Below are positions 42,175-52,407 of a DNA stretch of 64,000 bases, in pieces (the first letter of the stretch is position 1; each line of letters opens with the position of its first letter). Source of the stretch: an uncultured delta proteobacterium (GTDB lineage: Bacteria; Desulfobacterota; Binatia; UBA9968); contig CAWFJP010000011.1 of NCBI GenBank assembly GCA_963816145.1, positions 32,001 to 96,000 of the forward strand, in the 5' to 3' direction. Both the position numbers and the translations under genes were made by a program. Below the pieces are notes generated by a model that saw only the letters and a list, made by a program, of their open reading frames with translations, was not told the origin of the DNA and did no database searches.

Positions 42175-44229
42175 TTATCTTGTGGAAGGATTCGTGCCGC
42201 GCTGTGTCGTCAAGCGAACCGCTTCCTGATAGTGCTGCCGTGCCTCTTCTTTTCGTCCTTGCAGCTCTAGAAGCTGCGCCAGGCTGTGATGCGCCGGCGC
42301 GAAATCGGGCCGAAGCCGTACGGCTTGGTTGAATGCTGCTTCCGCATCAGCGTAACGATTCTGCGCCGCGTAGACGCTGCCCAAAAAATAAACCGGTTCG
42401 GCGGCCTCCGGAGTGAGCGCCGCCGCCCGTTGCAGCGGCGCCACCGCTTCATCTATACGGCCGCTTTTTGCCAAGGCGACGCCAAGGTTGAGATGCGCCC
42501 GGCTCAATGCGGGATTGAGCGCAATCGCCTTCTGGAAGTGTGCCACGCCCGCCGCCAGATCGCCGCGTTCGGCGAGCAGCTGACCATAGTTGCTATGGGC
42601 CTCGGCGTAATTGGGCAATATCCGTAACGCCTCTTCAAAATGGCGCTGTGCCAGATCTAAGCGGCCCCGTTGCACGTAAAGATTGCCGAGATTGTAATGC
42701 GCAATGGCAAAATCCGGTTGCACCTTCAGCGCTTGCTCAGCCGCCTTGATCGCTTCGTCGATTTGGCCTTGCTTCGCCAAAGCATTGGCCAGATTGTTAT
42801 ACCCCGCTGCGCCGGCGCCGGATACTTTTTGCAACGGCCAATTGATCAGCACGGCGCCGGCGATCGCCAACGCCGCCGTGGGCGCCAGGGTTCGCCACGC
42901 CGCTTGCCGGCACAAACGCCAAGATTCAACGATTCCGACACCCGCAAAAAGTGCCAGCAAGGGTACTAACGGATAACGATAACGGCCAAAAACGTAGAAG
43001 ACCGCGACACCGGCGGCCAGCGCAACGATCATCGCGTAGAGCAGCCAGAGTTGGCGCCAGTGGCGCAGCGTCAATAGGATACCGACGCCGGCTAGCGGCG
43101 CTAAAATTCCAAAATGGCCAAACCATCCGAGAAGCGAGAGTAGCCACGACCAATTCTGATAAATGTAAAAATCATCCGAGTCCTCGACCTCACGCGCATT
43201 CCATACCCGAAGCCATTTGAATCCGAGCAGCTTGAGCCACTGCGCCGGTTGTGCCGAGATGTATTGCAGCGACTGTTCGAACCAATAGCTCGATACCTGA
43301 CCAGGACTCAGCGACCGACCCAGCGCGCGCTCGGCCAATCGTTTGGCATCCGATCCCTCCAGCTGGTTCTCGTGAATTACGTTCCTAATCGAGCCGTAGG
43401 TGCCGTCGGCAAGAGGATTATTACCGATGTAGAAATTGGGCCCGAACTGCGAAGTCGTCAGTTTAAACTCGCCGCCTATCAGCAGATTGCGCAATCCGAC
43501 GGGAAATAAAACCAACAAGACACCGGCGGAAAATAGACCAAGCCAACGTGCCCGTAGTCCGAGCGAGCGCTCGCGATAGTGCAAAATGATCCATGCAGCG
43601 ATAACCGGCGCCAAGATCAAGGCATTTTCGCGAGATAAGCCGAGCAGTCCAATGAGTCCACCGCAACCAAGCCATTTGAGCCAGCGTTCGTCGGCCACAA
43701 GCAGTAATACATACAAGCCAAGGCTGAGCAGCGTTAGGTCGAGAACGCTTTTTTCAATCAAGCCGTCAAAAAAAATCGCCGGCGCGTAAAAGGCTAGAAT
43801 CAATCCCGCGGCAATCCCGGCCGAGCGAGAAAACAGCCGTTCACCGATGCGAAAAATCAGCCCGCATGATATCGCCCCGAGAATGATTTGTAAAAAACGG
43901 ATAAGCCAAAGATTGTGGCCGACGACAAACTGCAAGACACCGAGAAAGTACGGGTATAACGGTGTCTGGTAAAAAACCCCCTGCCCCAACCAATCGCCCG
44001 CAGCGATCCGCTGACCCCATTCGTCGTAAGTCCGGCCGTCGCCGGCAAGGTTGTAAAAAAGTGGGATCGCTTCGATCTGCAGAAGATAAATCAGGCGTAT
44101 AAAAAATGCCGCGGCAACAACCAACCAGAATCCCGACAATCGTCCCGAACCGCGCGGATCCCTGTGCGGCCCTTGATCTGGCTGGACCTCCCGCCGTTTT
44201 CTCGCCGCGCGAGATTCTTCTCTACTCAT
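42175..44229 (-). CDS. GT-C (PMT/ArnT-like) membrane glycosyltransferase with C-terminal TPRs
   Basis: 'DGRTYD..PLYPYFL', 'RYRYP', multiple TMs, about six TPRs. Confidence 0.8.
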   Translation of the reverse strand: MSREESRAARKRREVQPDQGPHRDPRGSGRLSGFWLVVAAAFFIRLIYLLQIEAIPLFYNLAGDGRTYDEWGQRIAAGDWLGQGVFYQTPLYPYFLGVLQFVVGHNLWLIRFLQIILGAISCGLIFRIGERLFSRSAGIAAGLILAFYAPAIFFDGLIEKSVLDLTLLSLGLYVLLLVADERWLKWLGCGGLIGLLGLSRENALILAPVIAAWIILHYRERSLGLRARWLGLFSAGVLLVLFPVGLRNLLIGGEFKLTTSQFGPNFYIGNNPLADGTYGSIRNVIHENQLEGSDAKRLAERALGRSLSPGQVSSYWFEQSLQYISAQPAQWLKLLGFKWLRVWNAREVEDSDDFYIYQNWSWLLSLLGWFGHFGILAPLAGVGILLTLRHWRQLWLLYAMIVALAAGVAVFYVFGRYRYPLVPLLALFAGVGIVESWRLCRQAAWRTLAPTAALAIAGAVLINWPLQKVSGAGAAGYNNLANALAKQGQIDEAIKAAEQALKVQPDFAIAHYNLGNLYVQRGRLDLAQRHFEEALRILPNYAEAHSNYGQLLAERGDLAAGVAHFQKAIALNPALSRAHLNLGVALAKSGRIDEAVAPLQRAAALTPEAAEPVYFLGSVYAAQNRYADAEAAFNQAVRLRPDFAPAHHSLAQLLELQGRKEEARQHYQEAVRLTTQRGTNPSTR

Positions 44230-44267
44230 TGATTCAAATCTCTAGTCTTGGGGGGACCCGTTGGACG

Positions 44268-46766
44268 TTATTTGATTAATCGCACAGCCTCTTCAAGATG
44301 CATTACGCCCTCGTCTGTTCGGCCCATCCGCGCCAGCAACTTCCCTAAACTTTCATGCGCTTCAGCCATGCCGGGTTCGATCTGAAGCGCTTTGCGGTAG
44401 CTCCGTATCGATTCTTCATAGGCGCCGCTTTGGGCGAGCATCACGCCCAATTGGTAGTGCGCCTTAGCGAACAGCGGGTCGGCCTTGATCGCATCACGCA
44501 GCGATGCCATGGCTTCGCGGCTTTGTCCTTGGCGAGCTAACAAAACCGCAAGATTGTAATGTGCCCTGGTGTAGAGCGGCTCGAGACGAATGGTCTCGCG
44601 TAGTTCGGCGATCGCACGCTCATCATCACCCCGGACCGCTAGCGTCAAGGCCAAGTCATAGCGAATGTCTTCGTCGTCCGGGCTCGCCGCCCGGGCTCGC
44701 TGCAAAAACTCGATCGCTTCGTCGAAATTGTTTTGCTTTGCCAAGATCATGCCGAGATTGTACAGGGCCTTGGTCGGCGGGTTTTTCTGTTGGACCGCTT
44801 GGCGGTAATGTTTCTCGGCTTCAATCATGTTTCCTTGATTTTCAAGCAAACTACCGAGATCGGCATGAGCCTGCGCTGACTCAGGATTCCTCTCAAGGGC
44901 ATCGCGCAACGCGCCAATCGCTTGGCTGATCCGGTAAACGTAAATCGAATGACCGATGATCACCACGGGGCTCAAAGACAAGAACGGTTTGAGAAAATCA
45001 ACCCGTCGTTCGCCGCGAATGTAGTGTCGGCCAAACAGATGATTGGCGCTGATCGCGAGGTAATCGGAGGGGTCGGCGTACTTGTTCGCCATGGCAGCCG
45101 TGCTCACCCAACTACCGGGTAGAAATTGCGCATCGATACCGAAATACCTAGGCTCCGCCTCATTGTGAAAACCAAAGTAGACGAATTGAATTTTCTTAAC
45201 TTGGTTTTCCGTCATCCAAGCTTTCAGCCCTTTGAGATCTTGTCCCCAATCCAAGTTCGAATCCAGCAAGATCTTGTGGCCATTGCGCGCCCCACCTGCC
45301 AACTCGTTAAAATAGGCAAGAAAATGCGGATAGATATTTATTGTCGACCAAGCAGACCATAACCCCAGAAACAAGATCGAGCCGCGGATCACGGCTGTTC
45401 GGGCCCGCCAGAGTTGGCCTACCGTTCCGCCGACCAGGACGAAGAGAAATGGATAGATTGGCAAAATATGCCGCACACCGATACTCAAACGGGACAAGAT
45501 CGCTAGCAGAAAATAGCTCGCCAGGGCGACCAGAGGGAAATTGACTTTGGCGCGGTCAAGTTTCTTCGTCCCCCAGAGAATCAGCGTAACCAGAAAGAGT
45601 ATCAACGTTGGCAATGGCGTCTTGACCGCAAACGCGACCGGGAAGTACAGCCAAAATCCATGATCGGAGTAAGCTCCGAGAAGATAGGCTTCGCGTTGCA
45701 AATTATTCAAGACGAAGAGCTGACCATAGATCCAAGCCTCGGGAAAAAGATGAAACTGCGTCAGCAATGAAACCAGACCGCTCAATCGCGGCAGGGTCGA
45801 CAATTCATCGGCCATCGGCAATGATGTGCCATCAGCCGGGAGCGCGCTAAAGCGAAATCCGTAAGCTGCCCATATCATGCAATAAGCGGCGATGAGTGAG
45901 CAAAAAAAGATGCCGCACAAGAGCACGGCTTTCTGCCGCCGGCCAACCACGAAGCGAGGCTTGCCCAAGGCGCATTCCAGTGGCCGAGCAGAGAGCGTAC
46001 GGACAAGGGCCAGTGCGCCCCAGACTGCCAGCATGGCAAGATAGGCGTATTTCGTGGCTGCCGCCAAACCGAAGAAGCACGCCGTAAGCGCGAGACTCGA
46101 CCATGTGAGTTTCTCCAACGCGCGCCAAAAAAAATAGCTGCCGATAAAAAATAACCCAGTGAAGGCGATATCCGTATGAACGATCTGGCTATGGGCCAAG
46201 ATGTTCGGGTCCAAGCCATAAAGAAACAGCGATGCCAATGCGGCTTCGAAGCCGAACAGTTCTTTACTCCAACGGTAGATAAAACCACCGAGTAACAGCG
46301 CAAGCAGGAGAAACTGCAGCTTGGCCCAGAAGAAAAGGGTTTCGCCATCGTTGTCGACAAAAAATAGTTTTGCCGCCACCGAGCCCGTGTGCGTGGTATG
46401 CGGCGGAGTGTGCGGAATAATCTCCCATGCGATCGCAGCTGGGCGTGGATCTTTGATATCCATCGCCAACAGCGGCAGCGCCGCCCAGAGTTTAGCCAAC
46501 GGTGGATGCTCGGGATTGGCCCGGTAGTCGCTCCACTTCAAGGAAGCGTACCCCGACAGCAAATGAACCGGCTCGTCAACTGTGGGCGATTGATGCAGGA
46601 TGGCGCCGATCGAAACTAAACTGAATAGGCCAATGAACAGAACCATGCTCGCGATCGACAGCAGCTTCGATGGCGGCGAATGCGATGATTTTGTTTCCGC
46701 CTTGATCTCCCTTACAGCGGGGATTGGGGACCTCGTCGGAGCTTTAGTTCGGCCTTTTCGCGCCAT
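44268..46766 (-). CDS. GT-C (PMT-like) membrane glycosyltransferase with C-terminal TPRs
   Basis: 'PTVDEPVH', 'NPEHPPLAK', 'DSNLDWGQDL', TPR tail. Confidence 0.82.
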   Translation of the reverse strand: MARKGRTKAPTRSPIPAVREIKAETKSSHSPPSKLLSIASMVLFIGLFSLVSIGAILHQSPTVDEPVHLLSGYASLKWSDYRANPEHPPLAKLWAALPLLAMDIKDPRPAAIAWEIIPHTPPHTTHTGSVAAKLFFVDNDGETLFFWAKLQFLLLALLLGGFIYRWSKELFGFEAALASLFLYGLDPNILAHSQIVHTDIAFTGLFFIGSYFFWRALEKLTWSSLALTACFFGLAAATKYAYLAMLAVWGALALVRTLSARPLECALGKPRFVVGRRQKAVLLCGIFFCSLIAAYCMIWAAYGFRFSALPADGTSLPMADELSTLPRLSGLVSLLTQFHLFPEAWIYGQLFVLNNLQREAYLLGAYSDHGFWLYFPVAFAVKTPLPTLILFLVTLILWGTKKLDRAKVNFPLVALASYFLLAILSRLSIGVRHILPIYPFLFVLVGGTVGQLWRARTAVIRGSILFLGLWSAWSTINIYPHFLAYFNELAGGARNGHKILLDSNLDWGQDLKGLKAWMTENQVKKIQFVYFGFHNEAEPRYFGIDAQFLPGSWVSTAAMANKYADPSDYLAISANHLFGRHYIRGERRVDFLKPFLSLSPVVIIGHSIYVYRISQAIGALRDALERNPESAQAHADLGSLLENQGNMIEAEKHYRQAVQQKNPPTKALYNLGMILAKQNNFDEAIEFLQRARAASPDDEDIRYDLALTLAVRGDDERAIAELRETIRLEPLYTRAHYNLAVLLARQGQSREAMASLRDAIKADPLFAKAHYQLGVMLAQSGAYEESIRSYRKALQIEPGMAEAHESLGKLLARMGRTDEGVMHLEEAVRLIK

Positions 46767-46902
46767 GGACGATAATAAATCTCTTGTCTAGCACTCAACC
46801 GTCAAATCTCTTTAAGCGTAACACTCTCACCAACGTCATCATTGACGTGCCAACGGCACAATCGATAACTGGCCTTCATCGGCTTCCAACTGAACAAATG
46901 CT

Positions 46903-48912
46903 TTATTTCGTCGGCGTATCGGGGCTAACCGCTCTTGGGAGTTGGGCTTTTGCCGGATAACGCTTCGCAGTCTCGGTTTTGCTCCCCCGTGCCTCAAGCA
47001 GCCGCGCCAGCGCCATCTGAACACCCGCCAGTTGCGGCTTGAGTTTCACCGCCGCCTCCAGATGAACAATCGCCTGATCGAGGTTTCCCGAACGAGCATA
47101 GGCGTCACCCAAGCCAGCATGGACCTCGGCGGTGTCCGGTGAAAGCTTGAGCGCCTGTTGAAAACTCGAGATCGCTTTGGCGAATTCTCCGCTGCGCACA
47201 AAGAGCCTGCCTAGATTGAAATAAGCCTTGGCGAACTTCGGATCAAGCGCCAGCGCTTTTTGGTAAGCAGCCAATGCAGCGGTGAAATTTCCTTGCAGCG
47301 CCAACAGCTGGCCAAAATTATTGAGAGTCTCGACGTCGTTGGGCTTGTATTTCAAAGCTTCTTGGTAGTGTGCTATCGCGTCATCCACTTTACCTTGCTG
47401 GCCCAGGAGCCGGGCCAGATTGTAGTGCGCTTCGGTATGAGTTGGATTGATGGCAACCGCGCGGCGGTAAAGTTCCTCGCTGCTTTGGAAGTTGCCATTA
47501 GTCTCGTAATATTTGCCAAGGTTGTAATTGGCGATGGCGGTATTGGGCGTGACTTGCAAGGTATGCTTCCACAACGACTCGGTATCGTGCCAAACAGCCA
47601 CTTGCCCTTGGGTTAGCAGTCCTAGGCTAGCGCCGGTCATGAAAATCACTACCGCGACGGTCGCGATCCGCGCCGACTTGGCGCTTTGCAGCCAGTAGAA
47701 ACCCATTCCGCCCAATAGCGCGGCCCAACTTAAACAAGACAGATAACTGTACCGATCAGCGACCAGTTGCGCGCCGCTTTGCGCCACCCCCAACACCGGT
47801 GCGAGGACGATTACATAGTACGCCCAGCATGCGGCAAGCCATGGCCAGCGCCGGTGCAGGAAGAAAGCCAGCAAACTTGCCAGGACAGTGATAATGGCAC
47901 ACAGGATGAAAACACCGGTCCAGGCCTCGAAGTCATAGGGAAGTTCATATAAGGGCGACAGACCGATCGGCAACAGTGTTTTCCAAAGATAGAAACAGAT
48001 TCCATAAAACGCTTGGCCGACGCGATAGGAGAAAAAATACTGCTGCACCGGGCGCAGCGCGCCGGTCGCATGTTGTGCCCATAACGCCGCCAAGCCGAAG
48101 ATCACGGAGAGCAGCAAAAACGGCAACTTTTCACCCAACATGCGCCGTGAATCTGTATCGAACCAGCTGCGCACCGTCCCGCGCAACCGCTGCAACGGGT
48201 AGATGTCCAGTATGATCAAAACTAACGGCAGTGTGATCGCTGTCGCCTTGGCCATCAAAGACAACAGTTGAGCGCCAAAGGCGAGGGCAAGCCAGCGGTA
48301 GCGCGATTTTAAGCTTGGCGCTGCCGATTCATGAGCACGCAGATAGGAAAAAATCGCCAAGAGAAAAAAGCCGCCGGAAAGAACATCGCGGCGCTCGGTC
48401 GCCCAAACCACCGACTCAACGCGCAACGGATGAAGCGCAAAAAAAAGCGCCGCGAGGGCAGCGCTAGAATCGAGTGCCCAGCGCGCCGCCTCACGGGCAG
48501 TGACAAAAATCCTGGTGAAGAGCCGCCGACACACAAGATAAAAAATCACCGTGTTGGCGGCATGCAAGATCAAGTTGGTTAGATGATAGCCAAAGGGATC
48601 GAGACCCCAGAGCAAATAATCCAAGCCCAAGGTGATCCAACTGAGGGGCTGATAATGGCCGGCGTGAAATGTCGAAAACATCCATCGTAACTGGACCCAT
48701 CCCAAACCTCGGTAGTAGGGATTATCGACCAACATGAGATCGTCATCCCAGTTGACGAATTGATTGGACAGTGCCGAGAAAAACACCGCAAATGTTGCCA
48801 ACACAAGCACCAAACCCACAACCCATTGGTCCCAACGACAGTTGGCTGCGACCTTGGCTGTCGGTGTGGAATGACCAGAACGCAGGTTTGGTGTGCGGCT
48901 GAGACGTTTCAT
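46903..48912 (-). CDS. TMTC-like membrane glycosyltransferase with TPRs
   Basis: 'FVNWDDD', 'HYQPL', 'FALHPLRVESVVW..ERRDVL', 'ADRYSYL', TPR tail. Confidence 0.83.
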   Translation of the reverse strand: MKRLSRTPNLRSGHSTPTAKVAANCRWDQWVVGLVLVLATFAVFFSALSNQFVNWDDDLMLVDNPYYRGLGWVQLRWMFSTFHAGHYQPLSWITLGLDYLLWGLDPFGYHLTNLILHAANTVIFYLVCRRLFTRIFVTAREAARWALDSSAALAALFFALHPLRVESVVWATERRDVLSGGFFLLAIFSYLRAHESAAPSLKSRYRWLALAFGAQLLSLMAKATAITLPLVLIILDIYPLQRLRGTVRSWFDTDSRRMLGEKLPFLLLSVIFGLAALWAQHATGALRPVQQYFFSYRVGQAFYGICFYLWKTLLPIGLSPLYELPYDFEAWTGVFILCAIITVLASLLAFFLHRRWPWLAACWAYYVIVLAPVLGVAQSGAQLVADRYSYLSCLSWAALLGGMGFYWLQSAKSARIATVAVVIFMTGASLGLLTQGQVAVWHDTESLWKHTLQVTPNTAIANYNLGKYYETNGNFQSSEELYRRAVAINPTHTEAHYNLARLLGQQGKVDDAIAHYQEALKYKPNDVETLNNFGQLLALQGNFTAALAAYQKALALDPKFAKAYFNLGRLFVRSGEFAKAISSFQQALKLSPDTAEVHAGLGDAYARSGNLDQAIVHLEAAVKLKPQLAGVQMALARLLEARGSKTETAKRYPAKAQLPRAVSPDTPTK

Positions 48913-48923
48913 TGAATAGTGGG

Positions 48924-50942
48924 CTACTTCGGACTGATCGAAGAACTATCCGCAGGTTTGCCATTGGCTTTCATTAGGCGCAGCGCATCTTGGTTATGCC
49001 GTTCGGCTTCATCGTGCTTTCCTTGCGCCGCCAACGACCTCGCGAGCAGAACCCGGGCATCGGCATCCGCGGGTTTCAATTCTACCGCGCGGCGGAAATG
49101 ACGGGTCGCCAACTCCAACTGACCTTGCCGCGCCAGGACAATTCCCAGACGAATCTGGATCGCCGGTTCGTTTGGATTGATGCGCGCAGCCTGCTCATAG
49201 TGCGTCGTGGCCCCCGGCAGATCGCCTTGTTTAGCCAGCAGCTCCGCCAGGTTGAACAACGCCTTATAATGATCGGGTTCGAGCTCGATTGCTTTGCGAA
49301 ACTCGGCGAGTGCCGCAGCATCCTCACCTTTCAAGTCAAGCAACAAACCCAAATCATTATGAGCGTCGGCGTGATCCGGGCGAATTTCGATTACCCGGCG
49401 ATAGTGCGCCATCGCTTCCGCTTCAAGACCTTTGAGCGCCAACAGCCGTGCCAAATTGAAATGTGCTTTGGAGTAGCCGGAATTCACGGCGACCGCGCGG
49501 CGATAACTGTCAATGGCTTCCGTCAGGTTATTTTCCCTCTCGAAGGCGCGGCCGAGGTTATAGTGCGCAATACTCGACAACGGCTCGGCCTTGGTCCCAT
49601 GTTGCCAAAGAGAAATCGGCGAGCGCCAAACCTCCGTCTGTTGCCAAGTAAAGAATCCCAGACTGACTACGACCAGGGAAGCTGCGGCCGCGACGAATTG
49701 CCGTTGCCCGATCGAGCCGGCCTCTCGCCCCGGCCCCCAGCGGAAAAATCCCCCCGCCAGTAGTAGCGGCCAACCCAAGCAGGCAAGGTAGCTGTAGCGG
49801 TCCGCCACCAGTTGCGGGCCGCTCTGCGCCACGCCGGTCACCGGCGCCAAGACGACGATATAATAGACCCAACAAGCGAAGACCATAGGCCAACGTCGCA
49901 TCAAAGTATAGAACGCGAGCGTTAACCCAAACGTCGCGCCCGTCGAAAGGACAAAAACCCAAAACCACAATCCGGTCTCGATCGGCAATTCATAAATCGG
50001 CGCGAGACCGAAGGGCCAAATCGTCTTCCAGAGATAAAATACATAGGCGAAACCCGCCTGGAGGAGACGAGAGAGTACGTCAAACTGCTCCAGCGGCTTG
50101 AGTGCCCCGGTAACCTGTTGCGCGATTAAAGCGACAATTGCGAAGCCGACGGCTAAAATAACAAACGGCAATTTCTCGTAGAGCACGGCGCGCGACTCGC
50201 GCTTGAACCAGAGGGCTGGGTTTCCAGCCAAACGTTTCAGCGGATAAATATCGAGCAGGAGCAACACCGCCGGCAACGTGATCGCCATGGCTTTGGACAT
50301 AAGCGATAGCAGATAAGCGGCGATGGCAGCGCCAAGCCATCGCCGTTGGCTGCTTGGCTGTGAATTTTCTGCGGCACGCAAATAAAAATCTAGGGTTAGG
50401 AAGTAGAATAATCCGGAGAGCACATCGCGGCGCTCGGTCGCCCACGCTACCGACTCGACGCGCAACGGATGAATCGCGAACAGCAGCGCCGCTAACCCCG
50501 CACTCAATTCGAGGCGCCAATTTTCTTCCTTGCTCAATGGCCCGATCGCCGCGCGCAGCAGGCGCCGGCTGACCCAGTAAAAGAGTAAGGCGTTGGCCGT
50601 GTGCAGCAGCAAACTCGTCAAATGATAGCCGAAAGGGGTCATGCCCCAGAGCTGGTAATCGAGCGCGAAACTCACCCAAGTCAACGGCTGGTAGTGCCCC
50701 ATGAGAAAGGTTGAAAACATCCATTTCAGCTGATCCCACCCCAAGCCGCGATAATAGGGGTTATCGTAGAGAATTTTGTCGTCGTCCCAATTGACAAAAT
50801 CGTTCACCAAAGCAGGGAAAAACACGCCGAAAGTTGCAATCGCAACGCAGAGCGGCACAAGCCATTCCGGGAATCGGCGCACTCCTGCCGATTCCTTCGG
50901 CCGTCTTGACGGGGCGCCGGTTGCAGGCTTGGGACTTTTCAT
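48924..50942 (-). CDS. TMTC-like membrane glycosyltransferase with TPRs (paralog of 46903-48912)
   Basis: Same motifs: 'FVNWDDD', 'HYQPL', 'FAIHPLRVESVAW..ERRDVL', 'ADRYSYL'. Confidence 0.83.
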   Translation of the reverse strand: MKSPKPATGAPSRRPKESAGVRRFPEWLVPLCVAIATFGVFFPALVNDFVNWDDDKILYDNPYYRGLGWDQLKWMFSTFLMGHYQPLTWVSFALDYQLWGMTPFGYHLTSLLLHTANALLFYWVSRRLLRAAIGPLSKEENWRLELSAGLAALLFAIHPLRVESVAWATERRDVLSGLFYFLTLDFYLRAAENSQPSSQRRWLGAAIAAYLLSLMSKAMAITLPAVLLLLDIYPLKRLAGNPALWFKRESRAVLYEKLPFVILAVGFAIVALIAQQVTGALKPLEQFDVLSRLLQAGFAYVFYLWKTIWPFGLAPIYELPIETGLWFWVFVLSTGATFGLTLAFYTLMRRWPMVFACWVYYIVVLAPVTGVAQSGPQLVADRYSYLACLGWPLLLAGGFFRWGPGREAGSIGQRQFVAAAASLVVVSLGFFTWQQTEVWRSPISLWQHGTKAEPLSSIAHYNLGRAFERENNLTEAIDSYRRAVAVNSGYSKAHFNLARLLALKGLEAEAMAHYRRVIEIRPDHADAHNDLGLLLDLKGEDAAALAEFRKAIELEPDHYKALFNLAELLAKQGDLPGATTHYEQAARINPNEPAIQIRLGIVLARQGQLELATRHFRRAVELKPADADARVLLARSLAAQGKHDEAERHNQDALRLMKANGKPADSSSISPK

Positions 50943-50964
50943 TTACGTTCGAGAACTAAATCTT

Positions 50965-52407
50965 ATGGCCTACGATAACCTAGCAGAGTTCGTGCAGATT
51001 TTGGAGCGCGCCGGCGAGTTGAAGCGGATCTCTCACCCGGTCAATGCCGAGCTCGAAATCACCGAGATCGCCGACCGCGTCATGAAAGCCGCCGGGCCGG
51101 CGTTGCTCTTTGAAAACGTCGTCGGCAAAACCATTCCGCTGCTGATCAACGCCTTCGGTTCGACCAAGCGGATGGCGTTGGCCTTAGGTGTAAATGACAT
51201 CGAGGAGATCGCCGCGGCGATCTCTAAGCTAATCCAGACGCGCCCGCCTAAAAATTTCAAAGACAAGCTGGGGCTGCTCGGCGAGCTGGTGAAGCTGGCC
51301 GGCATTCCGCCCAGGATCGTCAAAGAAGCGGCGTGCCAGGATGTCGTGATTCGGGATCCCGACCTGAACTTGCTGCCGGTGCTAACCTGCTGGCCGGGCG
51401 ATGCTGGGCCGTTTATTACGTTGCCAATGGTCTTTTCCAAAGATCCCGGCAAGGGCACGAGAAACGTCGGCCTCTATCGCATGCAGGTCTTCGATCGGCG
51501 AACTACCGGCATGCATTGGCATCTGCACAAAGTCGGCGCCCGCCACTTTCAGCAACAGAAAGAGAACAAGGGCAAATTAGAATTGGCCGTTTGCCTCGGC
51601 GGCGATCCGGCGATGATCTACGCCGCCACAGCACCGCTGCCACCGCAGATCGATGAAATCCTCTTCACCGGCTTCTTGCGTAAAAAAGGGCTCGATCTCG
51701 TCAAAGGCGTAACCGTCGATGTTGAAGTCCCCGCCAACTCGGACATCGTCATCGAGGGCTACGTCGACCCTGCAGAGCCGCTTCGGCGCGAAGGTCCCTT
51801 TGGCGACCACACCGGCTTTTATTCGCTGGCGGACGACTATCCGGTGTTTCACGTCACCTGCATCACCCATAGGAAAAACCCGATCTATCCGACCACCATT
51901 GTCGGCCGGCCGCCGATGGAGGACGCCTACCTCGGCAAAGCCACCGAACGACTATTTTTACCGCTCTTGCGCGTCACCCTGCCCGAGATCGTCGACATGA
52001 ATCTACCCGTGCATGGGGTGTTTCATAACTTGGCGATTATCTCGATCAAGAAAGAATATCCGGCCCACGCGCGCAAAGTCATGCACGCCCTATGGGGCTT
52101 GGGCCAGATGATGTTCACCAAGACGCTCATCGTCGTCGACCACGATGTCAATGTGCATGATCTAGCCGAAGTCACCTGGGTGGTCGGCAATCACATCGAG
52201 CCCAAACGCGACGTTATCTTCTCCGACGGACCGGTCGATGTTCTCGACCATGCCGCGCCGATGCTCGGCTACGGCTCCAAGCTCGGCATCGATGCGACGC
52301 GCAAATGGCGCAGCGAGGGGTTCGAGCGGGAGTGGCCCGGCGCCATCATCATGGACGAGAAAACGAAAAACTACATCGATTCGATATGGGACAAATTAGG
52401 CATATGA
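50965..52407 (+). CDS. ubiD: UbiD family decarboxylase (menaquinone-biosynthesis type)
   Basis: 'EITEIADR', 'RNVGLYRMQ', 'EGPFGDHTGFY', 'GRPPMED', 'DVLDHA', 'GIDAT'; ATG 50965. Confidence 0.93.
   Translation: MAYDNLAEFVQILERAGELKRISHPVNAELEITEIADRVMKAAGPALLFENVVGKTIPLLINAFGSTKRMALALGVNDIEEIAAAISKLIQTRPPKNFKDKLGLLGELVKLAGIPPRIVKEAACQDVVIRDPDLNLLPVLTCWPGDAGPFITLPMVFSKDPGKGTRNVGLYRMQVFDRRTTGMHWHLHKVGARHFQQQKENKGKLELAVCLGGDPAMIYAATAPLPPQIDEILFTGFLRKKGLDLVKGVTVDVEVPANSDIVIEGYVDPAEPLRREGPFGDHTGFYSLADDYPVFHVTCITHRKNPIYPTTIVGRPPMEDAYLGKATERLFLPLLRVTLPEIVDMNLPVHGVFHNLAIISIKKEYPAHARKVMHALWGLGQMMFTKTLIVVDHDVNVHDLAEVTWVVGNHIEPKRDVIFSDGPVDVLDHAAPMLGYGSKLGIDATRKWRSEGFEREWPGAIIMDEKTKNYIDSIWDKLGI

Noticed and set aside
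50776-50964. Longer ubiD start from the ORF track
   Set aside because: It overlaps the opposite-strand gene, and the UbiD-like sequence begins at MAYDNL (50965)
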